Shown here one piece after another: positions 39,114-51,760 of a stretch of DNA of 64,000 nt; the stretch's first letter is position 1, and every line of letters starts with the position of its first letter. Source of the stretch: Ylistrum balloti. Its lineage: Eukaryota. The notes under the pieces are model-generated. The model was given only the letters and a program-made list of their open reading frames with translations. It was not told the DNA's origin and ran no database searches. Location: contig NW_026782583.1 in the NCBI RefSeq assembly GCF_031769215.1, forward strand, positions 186,001 through 250,000, written 5' to 3'. A program made the translations under genes and the position numbers.

Positions 39114-42100
39114 ATGGCAGCCTCCAGTAACAGGTGCTCGTTGTCGGCTTCAAACGTTTTAAACTTTATTTTTACGTTGATGATTGTATATTTCAGCTTA
39201 GAAAATGTTGCTTCAGTTGCCGATGAGATAACAGGTATAAACAGTCAGAATTGTCATGATCACAATTTACATGTAATGATCTAAATATATCAAGGAATTA
39301 CACGATAACCAGTTGACACCTTGCCGTGCAAACCACAGTTGCCTGTGGTGCAAACCAGTAACATGCGTATCATAAGTGTTGACTGAAAAACATTTTGTAG
39401 CCTCCAAGCTGCGACATTATTTTTTTTCTGTTTCCGTTAAAAAGTATGAATACAAATAACGAGGTAGATTCATTGTTGAAATGGAAATAGATCTACTTGG
39501 TTGAAACACAAATAATAGTATTATCTGTCAACGCACTCATGAACTAAATATTTTAGTCTATTGTAGTATATTGCTAGACAAAGCAAGTACCTGTGGTCGA
39601 TATACTTCAGTTGCAATCTGTAATGCAACTCAGGACTTTGATGTGTTTTTTCCTTATTTGCGAATATGAATAACCATAGTCATACACTTGTTTCCTTACT
39701 TCCAACAAACAGGAAAAAGAAGAAAAAAGAAAAAACGTCAAGAATTCAAATATCACTTGCTCTATCTGTATATAGGCATAGTGTTGTATCAATATAAAGC
39801 AGCTGTGATTCAGGTTCAAAATGTTGAAGTTTCCCTGATCCTTTATAATCTGTGCTATAACCATGTTCGACCCATTCAGTGCCTATATTCTTATAAGCGC
39901 CCTTCACAATCAAGATGAAGAATGGGGTTATATTTGTTGTGAACGAATCTGATCTGGTCATAAAATAGTGTTATTATGGTCTTATCCGATTAAAAAAAAT
40001 ATTTGTAAAGCCCCTGGACTCTTGATAGGTAGAATATGGTAAGTGATAAGTCTATGTTAAAAAAAATACATAATTTTTTATTAAGGATGCATAATGTTGT
40101 GATGGCCAAAATTTCTAAAATTTAATTGGTGATGAGTTTTTGAAAGGTTGATTTTCAAAAAGTAATTTTAAAGGCAAAAAAAAAATCAGTACATATGTTG
40201 CTTCATTCTTTTTCCAATAAGAGCATCAATATATGTTTAACATATTATTCTGTTTTTTACCTGAATAGCAAACATGCTTTCTTATTTTTGAGATAACCAA
40301 AAAATAAAAAAAATTAGAAATAACTTTTAATATACTCCTGAGATATTTTGACCAGATGTAAGACATAATTCAAAATATAATGAATTCTAAAAGACTATCT
40401 AGGACTATTGTCTTTTTAGGTCACCTGAAACAAAGTCTCGGGCTGACTCATTGTAATCTCCTTTTGTTCTGCATCATGCAATGTGCATCGTAAACTTTTA
40501 AAATTTTCAACTTCTGCTGGAAAACTTACGAAGCAATTTCAATGAAATTTCACAAAAACCTTCCATGGCTATAGGCGCACCAAAATTCTAAATTAAATGG
40601 TCCTCAACCCCAAGGGGCCTGAAGGCAGGGCCAAAAATGGGTCAACTTGACTGAAATTTCAGAAATCTTCCTCTCAAATTCCAGGTTTAGTGGAATCAAG
40701 TACTCCTCATGGATTGAAAGGCCTTCAGATGCTTTACCCAAAATTGTAAATTTCATGACCCCAAGGTCTTGTATTTCCCCCAGGGGAGGAGCAAAGTTTA
40801 CTATAGTTTATATAGGAAAATCACATTTTTGAATATCATTTGTTTATTTTTCATCGGAAAAAGTTCAAACCTGATTAGAATTATTACTTTAGGATGACAG
40901 TTTAATGAGACACACATAGTTAACCTTTATCAATTTCTTCTGAAGCACAAATGATTCAACTGACTCCTTTGGGACAGAGGGTTGGGGTGAAATGGGAAAA
41001 TAAATATGTTGTATGTTGTGTCCTTTTGTTTGATGAAAAATTATAGCCAAGCAAAGCCAGGTTGCTCTGCCTATTCCTTCGGTCCAATTTCTGTAAAAAC
41101 AAACCAACGTTTATCTCTACTTATTTCACATTCAGATTTCCTGCTGTGTCGGAAGTGTGGACATGAAGTTGTTCGAGCTACACATTTGATCAACATTCCA
41201 AGCAAGTTGTCACTCAGACAAAGAAATTCTACTCTTGGAGGTGTTCCAGGAATTCTTATTCAAAGGTTTAGAAATCCACATGGTAAGATAGAGCACCAGG
41301 TCATATTCTCCTTGTACATTTTCAGGAGTCTCTGTGTAAATCTTTCTTTTGTTCATATTTTGCCCTAGTTTTATTAAATTTGAGATTGGATTAGGATAAT
41401 TTTGACATTTTGGTATTTTCTTGTTTTTTTTTTTTATATAATTTATTGAAGTGTAAACTGTTAGTATTACATATGTTATAAGTGGAAAAAATTCACTTTC
41501 AGTTTTGAATTATAACCCAGATTTTTTTTTCTATTAGAACTTTTTCAGGCTTATGTCCTCCATTGTTTGGGTAGCTTTGGATGATGTGGTGATGTAGTCT
41601 GCTGAAATGCCATAATAACAGATGTAAACCCTGTGTAAATAGATAAATAAAGTTTCAGGCATCACAGCAAATTGAAATCATGAAAGATAATTTTCTGATT
41701 GATTTTAACAATCACCTGTAAATAATGATATGATACAAAGGCCTGCTGATAGAAATTACTGTCATTTTAACTTCTTATATAAAAAAATGTAAGACATCAT
41801 TTAGAAAGCTAATTTATAATCATTTTTAGCTCATCTGGACTGAAGGATCATACCGTTTTTGCTTTTTGCTCAAATATGGTCTGAAGCATTCTTGAATGAA
41901 GAGGAATCAATTTTGTATAAGTGGTGGGTCTCTATGCCATTGAGCAGGAGGGGGCAGGACCATTTATATGGGAAATAGAACAAATTCTTCAAAATCCCTC
42001 TATTTAAAATCCTTCTGTAGGAAAATGAGGATTCTGTCTCAATATTTGGTCTGAGGCATATATGGTTTTGCTGACCCCACTAGGACCGAGGGTTGGGGCA

Positions 42101-45100
42101 CAATGGGAAATATATATGTGTGTGGTGTGCTTGGATATTTAGAATTCTTTTAGTTTTGATGAAGCAATTTCAGCTAATCAAGGTCAGGTGAGCAATACAG
42201 GCCCAATGGGCCTCATGTTTTAGCGGCAAGGGAGATGGGGGGGCTATAGTTTTACTCCTTATCTGTCTGTCTGTCCGAGCATCTGACCCTGTGTCGGTCA
42301 AAGTTTGATAGGACTCTAGTAGCTTTATTCCTTCAGTGATTCTCATGAAATTTCACACACCTATTAAGTATAGAAATATCTTTGAGTCGTAAGGTCAAGG
42401 TCACTGCTATTAGTGTTGGAAAATCATTATCTAATGGCATTAATTGTATGCTTTCTTTTTTTTCAAATGAACACTAAATATCACCATATTTATAAATCAT
42501 TACAGTGGAGGTAATAGTTTGTGGAGGCTGTTAGGGAACATTTAATGCTGTGGCAATTCTCAGTGTGCTTGTTTTTCAGGTATGAATTTCGAAATTATAA
42601 CAGCAGGCAAAGCAGATGTTTTAGAAGATGTACAAGTAAGTCTGAAGGAAGAATGTATATCTGGATACTTTAATTTCCTTCCAGTCTAACAGGAAAGTCA
42701 GAAGAGGGAAATATATAATGTCATGTTTTCTTGTGAATACTTGTTCACCAAAAGTGTAAGTCACAAAATAGCAAAACTTTGTAGACATGTTGAGATACGA
42801 TGTTAAGATATTTTTAACATACTGTAATCTAAACCGTAGCCAACATTTCATTTTGATACTGATGCCATGAAATCACCAGCACTTGGTCCTGGCCATCACT
42901 CTGTAATGGCTTTATTCTGTGTTAATTTGATTTTGGCTGATCTTGGGTATGATGGATGGAGATACTTTTTTACTGAGATTTTCTCTGTGGTTGCATAATC
43001 AAAAGTGCAGATAAAAAAAGTTATATTTGGTTCAGGTTGACTATGAGTCAGAGTTATGATCCTTGGAATTTGTATGTACATGCAGTTCAAAACTTATTAT
43101 TTGTGCCTTGTTAGCTATTAATTGACCTTGGCATTTAGCTTTGTTTAACCCAGACAAGTCAGTGTACACCTTTAAAAACCAACATCAAAAAAGTGCGTTC
43201 ATACATGTATAGTTTTCTCAGCAATGGTTTCTTACACACAACATCACTACATACTGCTTTACGTAGCATTATAGGGACGAGGGATGTGTCGATGTGTGAC
43301 AGTGAGTACATGAGTGAAGCATAATTCTCAAACTTTAAAGATATTCAAGGGGAGGACAATCATTTAATTGACATCATGTAGTTTAAAATTTGGTTTTGTT
43401 GATAAATGATGATGTATNNNNNNNNNNNNNNNNNNNNNNNNNNNNNNNNNNNNNNNNNNNNNNNNNNNNNNNNNNNNNNNNNNNNNNNNNNNNNNNNNNN
43501 NNNNNNNNNNNNNNNNNNNNNNNNNNNNNNNNNNNNNNNNNNNNNNNNNNNNNNNNNNNNNNNNNNNNNNNNNNNNNNNNNNNNNNNNNNNNNNNNNNNN
43601 NNNNNNNNNNNNNNNNNNNNNNNNNNNNNNNNNNGTCGTCGTTGTCGTCGTCAGTGAATGTTAGAGCATGTAAATGTGATTTTATGTCATCAAATTTACC
43701 ATATAAAGTCTTTCAAAAATGAAAAAAAAAATAAAAAAACAAATTACACATTTTTCTCCAAGGGCCATTCTGTTTTGCATTGCCTCGTTATTTTTTTTTC
43801 ATATCTGAATGATGTGAAATTTTACCTTTAATACCACTTAAAATGATGGCTATTGTTTTGCTTTGTTATACAGAAATACAGTGATGACACATGGTTTCCT
43901 AACTACAGCTGGTGGATAATTACATGTCCTCATTGTGGTCAACACATAGGATGGTGAGTGTAAAATTACATTGATTTATACAATAAATACCCTGCAGTAT
44001 GCCTTCTGGGGCTGGGCTTGCATATTATCTCCTCTTCGAAGTCTCCTGGATGTCTTATCTATGACTGAACTTTGTTATTGATTTTCTTATTCAAAGACTT
44101 GTGGTTGGCTTATTTGTAACTGGACATTGTTGTTCAGATCTTATTCAAAGTCTCAAGATTGGCTTATTCATAACTGGACATTATTGTTCAAAGTCCCGGT
44201 TTAGGTTTATTTTTGACCGGACAATTTATTCAAAGTCTCTGTATGGGCTTATTTTTTTCACATTTTTATTCAAATTATAATGATAGTGATATCAGTCCTT
44301 TTGTCTATCCCACCAACAATACTATTATTTCTAAAAGTTATCACAGAAATCAAACTCAACTAATATACACAGTATTATGTAGGTGTCAGATGATAACAAA
44401 AAATTTTGAGGTCAAAGCTGCTTATTGCTTAAAGTACATTGTGATGCCTCCTTTTTGACTCACAAGAGTTCGTATTGGTGATAAAAGGTATTCTTTGATG
44501 AAGATGACCAGTTCAGTGAGTCAGTAATTCTTTATTAATCACTTATTAATTCTATATGGTTATATGATTTTTATAATTTACAATTTTGAGTTACAGGAAT
44601 GTTTAGTTTAAGTCAAGGTCATTGTTACTATTTTTAGAAAATCATTATCAGAGCTCTGGTGGCTTCATTCCTTGAGGGATTCTCATCAAGGGATATGAAT
44701 GGGCCAGAAAGGGACATGAACTTTTATTGTGCTCCCAGAAGGGAGAGCATATAGTTGCCACTTTGTCAGCCATTTGTCAGTCCATCATAATTTTGTCCGG
44801 AGCATAACACAAAAACTATAAGAGGTATCAACATAAAACTTCATGGGTAGTTAGATCTCAACAAGAAGACGTGCAGTGCACAAGAACCATAACTCTATTT
44901 GCACAATTAAGGAGTTATTGCCCTTTGTTATTTTTCACACTAAAATTTTGTCTGGAGCATTACTCTTAAACTATATGAGGTATCAACATGAAACTTCATA
45001 GATTGATAGATCTCAACGAGAAGGAGAGCAGTGCACAAGAATCATAACTCTCTTATTGCCCTGTTATTTTACATACAATTTTCATAAATTTTGTCTCATT

Positions 45101-47995
45101 CGGTGAGCATTACCGGTCTCTGAAAGCCCTTGTTGCTTTAGCAATACTCAGTATGCATGTTTGCTGTAAAAAGTACTCCACAGATATCTATTTTTTCCTT
45201 CAGTATTTTTTCATAATATCTTGATGCAGATATCCCATGTAACTTTGGTAGGTAAAATTATCTGAAAATTCTGCTGTTAGGAGTAGGTCTTCTCTTTAAT
45301 GCATAAGATTGGTAAGTCTGAGGTCCTGTGTTTGAACTCTTGCTCTGATGTTAAAATCAAAAGATTTTGTTTCATTTTTGATGATGTAGGGACTTAGGAA
45401 TTCTATATACTTTGTGTGACTGTAACTGGTATGACTGGGAGTATGTAACCCTGGTAAAATACTGGCTGCAAAATATGGATATGGTGAGGAGGTGTGTTTT
45501 GTATCAAAAGTAGGTCACTCTGACCTTCATTTTGACCTTCGACTTACATCAAATAAAAAGTTTGTCCAGGTTCTACCCTCTATACAACTTGTCACATGAA
45601 CTTTGTACCTAGGGTATTAGTTCATCTTGGTGAAGAAGTCTGACATGTAATACAACTAAGTCACTTCGACCTGCATTTTGACCTTTGACTTACATCAAAT
45701 GAAAAGGTTTTCCTAGCTAACATCTCCCTCACTTCTAGTCAATGGATCTTCATAATTGGGTTATGGATTTTCTTTGATAAGACAATTGTGTCTTATGACA
45801 AATGTGGGTCAGCATTTTGACTTTGACATCGACCTTCATCAAAGAAAAAGTTTGTCCAGGTTCTATCTCCTCCTGTAACACTGCTAGTGACTAGGACATC
45901 TAACTACAAGCATGAGTTCACTTGCAGTGCATTTTGTCATATACATAATGTAATTTCACTGGGGGAAAGTACTTTCTCTACCCTCTTGATGGTATTGTTT
46001 TGTTCTTATATAGAGATAATATTAAGTGATTAAGACAAATGGTGAACAAGGATATGTATTCCTGATCAAAAGATCACAAGAAATTTCTTTCTTCTGTTTC
46101 AGGACATACAGAATAAATTCTCAGGGAACATCAACAGATACCAGACCAGACCAGTTCTATGGCCTTGTATTAGAAAATTTACTGGATTTAAAAGGTAGGT
46201 CCTCTATCTGATACAAACAGGTATTGAGATATTTCTCTCAGTATGGGGAGATTCCTATCGGATTGGGGAGGTTTCTATCAGTGTAGGGATATTGCAAGCA
46301 GTATGGGGAGATTCCTATCTGTATGGGAAGATTTGTCTCTGTATGGGGATACAGCTAGCAGTATGTGAAGATTCCTATCTGTATGGGAAGATTTGTCTCT
46401 GTATGGGGATACAGCTAGCAGTATGGGGAGATTCCTATCCAGGGCTCTCGATCTGCCAGATTTGGGGCAGATATTTGGCCCCATTCCCAAAGCAAAATAG
46501 TATCTTTTTTTCCCAATTTAGACCCCAAGTTTTTCCAATTCTAAGGAAAACACCATTATTTTTCCCAATTCAAAGGGCCCCGAGCCCCAGTCCCAAAATG
46601 GGGTGTGAGAGCTCTGCTATCAGTATGGGAAGATTTTTCTCTGTACAGGGATATTAATAGCAGTGTGGGGAGATTCCTATCAGATTGCGGAGGTTTCTTT
46701 CAGTATAGGGATATTACAAACAGTATGGGGAGATTCCTATCAGTATGGGGAGGTTTGTCTCTGAATGGGGAGATTCCTCTCAGTATTGGAAGATTTGTCT
46801 CTGTATGGGGAGATTCCTATCAGTATGGGAAGATTTGTCTCTGTATGGGGAGATTCCTATCAGTATGGGGAGATTTGTCTCTGAATGGGGAGATTCCTCT
46901 CAGTATTGGAAGATTTTTCTCTGTATGGGGAGATTCCTATCAGTATGGGGAGATTCCTATCACTGTGGGAAGATTTTTCTCTGTATTGGGATATTGCTAT
47001 CAGAATGGGGAGATTTGTCTCTGTACAAGGATATTAATAGCAGTATGAGGAGATTTGTCTCTATATGGGGAGATTCCTATCAGAATGGGGAGATTTGTCT
47101 CTGTACTGGGATATTGCTAGCAGGATGGGGAGACTCATATCACTGTGGGAAGATTTGTCTCTGTACTGTGGAGATTACTATCAGTATGGGGAGATTTGTC
47201 TCTGTACTGGGATATTGCTAGCAGGATGGGGAGATTCCATCAGAATGGGGAGATTTGTCTCTGTACTGGGATATTGCTAGCAGGATGGGGAAATTCCTAT
47301 CAGTATGGGAAGAGTTGTCCCTGTACAGGGTTATTGCTAGCAGTATGGGGAGATTCCTATCAGTATAGGAAGGTTCGTCTCTGTATGGGGATACAGCTAG
47401 CAGTATGGGGAAATTCCTATCAGTATGGGAAGGTTCTTCTCTGTGTGGGGATACAGCTAGCAGTATGGGGAGATTCCTATCAGTATGGGAAGGTTCATCT
47501 CTGTATGGGGATACAGCTAGCAGTATGGGGAAATTCCTATCAGTATTGGAAGAGTTGTCCCTGTACAGGGTTATTGCTAGCAGTATGGGGAGATTCCATC
47601 AGAATGGGGAGATTCAATTATGTATGGGAGATTTCAACAGGTTTAGGGGTTTCCTACATGTTAGGAGGGATTCCAAAATATGTAAAAGATTCATTCAAGT
47701 ACAGAAAGACAATATTAAGAGATTCATGCAGAAAATAAACCATAGTTTCATAAATGGCTGTATTGCAGTTTCCCATGGTTTATACTCTGTGTATAATGCA
47801 TGGTGATATGATATGCATGGTCCATTGAGAGTCATTCTTTATTTTGCTTGTTGCTTTATTTAAGATTTCTGTAATGTCTGGTGTATTATTGTTAGAATGA
47901 TAATAAATTGATTTTTATACCAGTAGTAAGCTAATATTTTCCATATTTCAGAAGCGGAATCATTAATTCACTTTCCCAAAGCCTATGGCTTCTAA
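39114..47995 (+). CDS. CULT-domain-only (cereblon thalidomide-binding/yippee-like fold) protein with N-terminal signal peptide or anchor (about 179 aa)
   Basis: Exons 39114-39234, 41136-41282, 42580-42635, 43874-43953, 46103-46194, 47952-47995; phases 1,1,0,2,1 consistent; 540 nt. Motifs LLCRKCG, FRNPHG, TWFPNYSWWIITCPHCGQHIGW, FYGL. No LON domain, so not CRBN proper. An N gap lies in intron 3. Confidence 0.9.
40413..41075 (+). mobile_element. HINE/Helentron-like non-autonomous element (degenerate)
   Basis: Begins tttttaggtcacctg like the better-preserved copy at 41823 and shares family-like internal sequence; the 3' end is decayed. Confidence 0.5.
41823..42220 (+). mobile_element. HINE/Helentron-like non-autonomous element
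   Basis: T-run, 5' subterminal gctcatctg, 3' inverted caggtgagc (42185-42193), then perfect hairpin aggccca-a-tgggcct (42199-42213) and a T-run. Confidence 0.7.
43418..43634. other. Assembly gap (217 N)
   Basis: Run of n characters. Confidence 1.
44722..45135 (+). mobile_element. HINE-like element with two tandem roughly 150-bp internal repeats
   Basis: ttttattgtgctccc start and gtgagcat near the end. Internal duplicated block ttttgtc.ggagcat...gaggtatcaacat.aaacttcat...agtgcacaagaa.cataactct. Confidence 0.55.
45500..45865. repeat. Three diverged roughly 150-bp repeats (gacct..attttgacctt.gac.tacatcaaa..aaaagtttgtccagg), probably a repeat-element core
   Basis: The motif recurs near 45522, 45667 and 45815. 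Confidence 0.55.
46239..47635. repeat. 20-bp-subunit minisatellite with 40/60-bp higher-order units, in CULT gene intron 5
   Basis: Alternating cagtatggggagattcctat / ctgtatgggaagatttgtct / ctgtatggggatacagctag. Confidence 0.95.
46440..46616. mobile_element. 177-bp MITE with 10-bp imperfect TIRs and 5-bp TSD, inserted in the 20-bp satellite
   Basis: ctatc|cagggctctc ... gagagctctg|ctatc; TIRs match at 9 of 10; TSD at 46435-46439 and 46617-46621. Confidence 0.85.
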
Positions 47996-48169
47996 TGGTA
48001 ACTCTGTGCCACTGGCCTCATACTATGCAGCACACAAAGATTCTACACACAACTCAACTGTGATAACTTAAATCTGTGGAGAGACTTTCTCCGAAAATTT
48101 CTAATCTGACCATTCCCTAATCTGATCTGTTAGGCAACTACAATTAACCTTCAAGTACTTCTGAATATA

Positions 48170-48972
48170 AGTTTTCTTCAAGGCCATGTGAGCTTATTCC
48201 ATGGAGCAGTGTCCATTGTCCTTCCCTCGTCAGTTGTCTGTCCATCTGGCATCAACTTTTCCATTTAAATGACTCCTTCTCAATATCCAACAGACCATAT
48301 GTCATGGTATTTGGCTGGTGGGTTGCTTGAATAAATCTGGACAATATCTTCAAAAAGAAATGACCTTGACCTTTATTCAAGGTCACAGTGGTTGAATTTG
48401 TTAAAACTTCTAAACAACTGCTTCTGACTAACCAAAAGGCATAGAAGCATTGGTTGCTAGGTTCCTAAAATGAATCCTGACAATTTTACAAAAGAATTGA
48501 TCTTGACCCTTATTCAAGGTCACAAGGGTGAAATTTCTTAAAACCATAAAAGAGCTTCTTCAGACTAACTAAAAAACCCAAAAGCATACTTGGCTGATAG
48601 GTCTCTGGGATGAAGCCCATCTAAGTTTGCAAGAAAGAAATGACCTTTAACTATTTTCAAGGTCACATGGGTCAAATTGTCAAAATCAGTAAAAATAACT
48701 TCTGGTAAACCAAAAGTCTGAGAAGCAGGATGTTTTTGGTCCAAGTCTGACAAATTTTGACAAAAAAATAAATCTAGATTACCTATAATCCTGCTCATAA
48801 CTATGACTGTATAGAGTTAAGAATTAAAAGCAGTTTGTTGTGGAAATGGATTGGATATGCCTATTTGAATGTAAATGGTGTATGTGTTAATGTATTTGTG
48901 ATAGATACTAATTCTATTTTTAATGAACATTGAATACCAGTGAGTAATACAGGTCCATTGGGCCTCTTGTTT
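48170..48972 (+). mobile_element. HINE-like element with repeated gaccttgacc..attcaaggtcaca cores
   Basis: Three roughly 150-bp internal repeats. 3' gtgagtaatacaggtccattgggcctcttgtt resembles the 42185-42220 terminus. Confidence 0.55.
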
Positions 48973-51602
48973 TTTGTAATGGTTCAAATTTTTATAGTTT
49001 CAAAAAAAAAGCTTGAAGTAAAGGGGATGTATTTTGGTTTTGCAGTAGCATCTAAAGGTCTTTGGTTTCTCTTCTAATTAAATATAAGTAACTCAGAAAT
49101 GGGTTTTTAGATGAGATTATTAATCTACGGATACTGATGTAAATATATACAAATAGCATTTATCGTGTATGATATCAATATAATAATACACTTAGGTATT
49201 TTCTTAAGGTTGCCAAATCTATGATGTTAGTAGTATTTCATATAGAATGACTGATTCAAACCTGAGATGTCAAGTTTAACTGCCAATTCTCAGTTACCTT
49301 CATCTGACATATGACCATTAAAGTAAAAGTTCACTGATATGTGTCACATGTTTTGGATGATATTCAAATCAACAGGCTAATTTTTCTTCTCTTTAAGCAA
49401 AGATGTGACAATCGAATTGAAGTAGGTAAGTATGTAAAAGATTGATTTAGCAATAGAGAGAGCAATCTGTTCAACAACTTGGTGAAAGAAATTGATCCAT
49501 CTTGATACTCTTAAGTGAATCAGATTAAAATAGTGAGGAGCGGGGTCATAGATGCAATGCATATCTAATATAGATATTTCCAATGCACACTCTTAGTTGT
49601 AGACTTGTGCTGATCATTTTGAATATGATGAGTACTTTCTTTATCATTTGAACTGTATCATAAAATGGTCACTGAAATGTCCTACATTAGTCGTGCAAAC
49701 ACTATCATAATGTATACCGATGCATAACACACTGTATTTATACACTCTCTGTTTTTCCTTTCATTTTTTGACTCTTTCTTTTTAAAACCAATTATAGATA
49801 CTGGATATACAAAATGCAAAACTTTACATGTAAGTGTTTGGTTTTATTTATTTTCTGTTTTTATTCAAATGAGGGTTTCAGAAATTTACACAGTGACTGG
49901 GCTAAAAGATGCTGTGAGGTGTTTAACTGGTAAATTGTTAACAATTTAGTGAGGTAGACTATATTAGATCCCTGCCATGAAATGGCAAATAGGAAATATT
50001 TTGAACTTATTGTTTGTTTGTTATGCTGTTCAGATCCACACTTGTAAAGTGGATATAAAGATATATATATGTATAAAAATCACTCTCCAGTGTTGTTCAG
50101 TTCAGAATCTGGACATTACTGGAGTGTACTGGAAATAGTTAATGAATCACTGCCTGTTTATTTGTAAAAATGTTATTTACATGAAATAGAATATACCAAG
50201 TCTGTGGACACATATATAACATTTGCTCAAGTCATTGTTTGTATAAATTGTTCCGAGTTCTGTACAGATCACGTTTTGATGCATTTTACGGAAATAAATT
50301 TGTTGTTAAAAACCAAGGGGTCAAATTGTTGACCTCATCACTGCCACCAAGTATACTTTATAGATTTAATTATTGCTAGACAAGAAATGTAAAGTTGATA
50401 ATGTGTACCTCAGGTATACACACCATGGTGTTCCATAAATTGATGATTTAATGTCATAATGAGATGATTTTGTGTGATGTGTAGCTCCTGACATCCAAAT
50501 GTACATAGAACTAATTATACAATTAAAGATTGCCAAAGTCTTCATGGATGACATTGAAAAGGAGGTTTCTCACTGAAGTTTCAAACATCCTTGATTAAGT
50601 TAAAAAAAAAATAAGATCTCAGATTCATATATATCCATTGTATAATCAAGGTTGTCTCCAGAGAGACACTGATTTGGACTTGTTAAATATCTTACCTATA
50701 TTTACATATGGTATAGATATATGTGTAAAACTGTATATATTTTATGTAAACCTACAGATATTTGTTGTATTTTAACTAACATGTGAAGATGCCTTGAAAT
50801 TTATGTACAACTGCAGTTGTCTCCCTTTGGACTGTAATGTGTTTTTATATATGTGCCATGTTTGACACGTCTTTAAGACCATCATGCTGTTATTGTATTT
50901 TCATTAGGTTTGATTCTCAATCCTGAATGGTGTATATTGATGCTGTTTTGGTGGTTTAATGTATGTGTTTTTCTAAAGATAAGCTTTTAATTTGTATCAT
51001 GATCATTTCAAGTCTTTAGCATGTTATAATTTCACTTTATATGTTGGGTTGATGTCTCTTCTTAAAAAGCATGTACAGAATTTATGCTTCATTTCTACCA
51101 AGAAAACAAATTGTAACTTCATTATGTAACCTTACCATTTACTCCACGATCTACACATTTGATAAAAATAAATTTAGATTTTATATGGGAAATATATTTG
51201 TTTGTTATTTTGTAAAACCAAATACATGTCATGTTTTTGTCCTATAGTAAAATACTTTACACCAATTGTTAGCTGTTAACAGGGCAGTAAACCAAACAAA
51301 TGATCCATATAAGGATTTTTCGCTCTGTTGGTCTGAGACCAGGTTAGCCCTTGTCATTGTCTCACATTTGTCCACCAGTCCTTGTTCTTACTACCCCTCC
51401 TAAGATTTCTTGTTTCAGAGGGCAATAATTTTTCCAAACAAGGAGAAAATTCTATGAAATTAAATTGCATAAACAAGCTTACAAGAAAAAAATGACAAAA
51501 TGGGTAATCATGAGTGAAACGTAATCTCAATTTGGTACAGTGTTAAAATAACAATATGAAAAAATAGCCAAAATAAAGATGAAATAAAAACAAGAAATAT
51601 TA

Positions 51603-51760
51603 NNNNNNNNNNNNNNNNNNNNNNNNNNNNNNNNNNNNNNNNNNNNNNNNNNNNNNNNNNNNNNNNNNNNNNNNNNNNNNNNNNNNNNNNNNNNNNNNNN
51701 NNNNNNNNNNNNNNNNNNNNNNNNNNNNNNNNNNNNNNNNNNNNNNNNNNNNNNNNNNNN
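51603..51760. other. Assembly gap (158 N)
   Basis: Run of n characters. Confidence 1.

Noticed and set aside
46278-47806. Overlapping Gly/Trp-rich ORFs
   Set aside because: Products of the 20-bp satellite inside a CULT intron.
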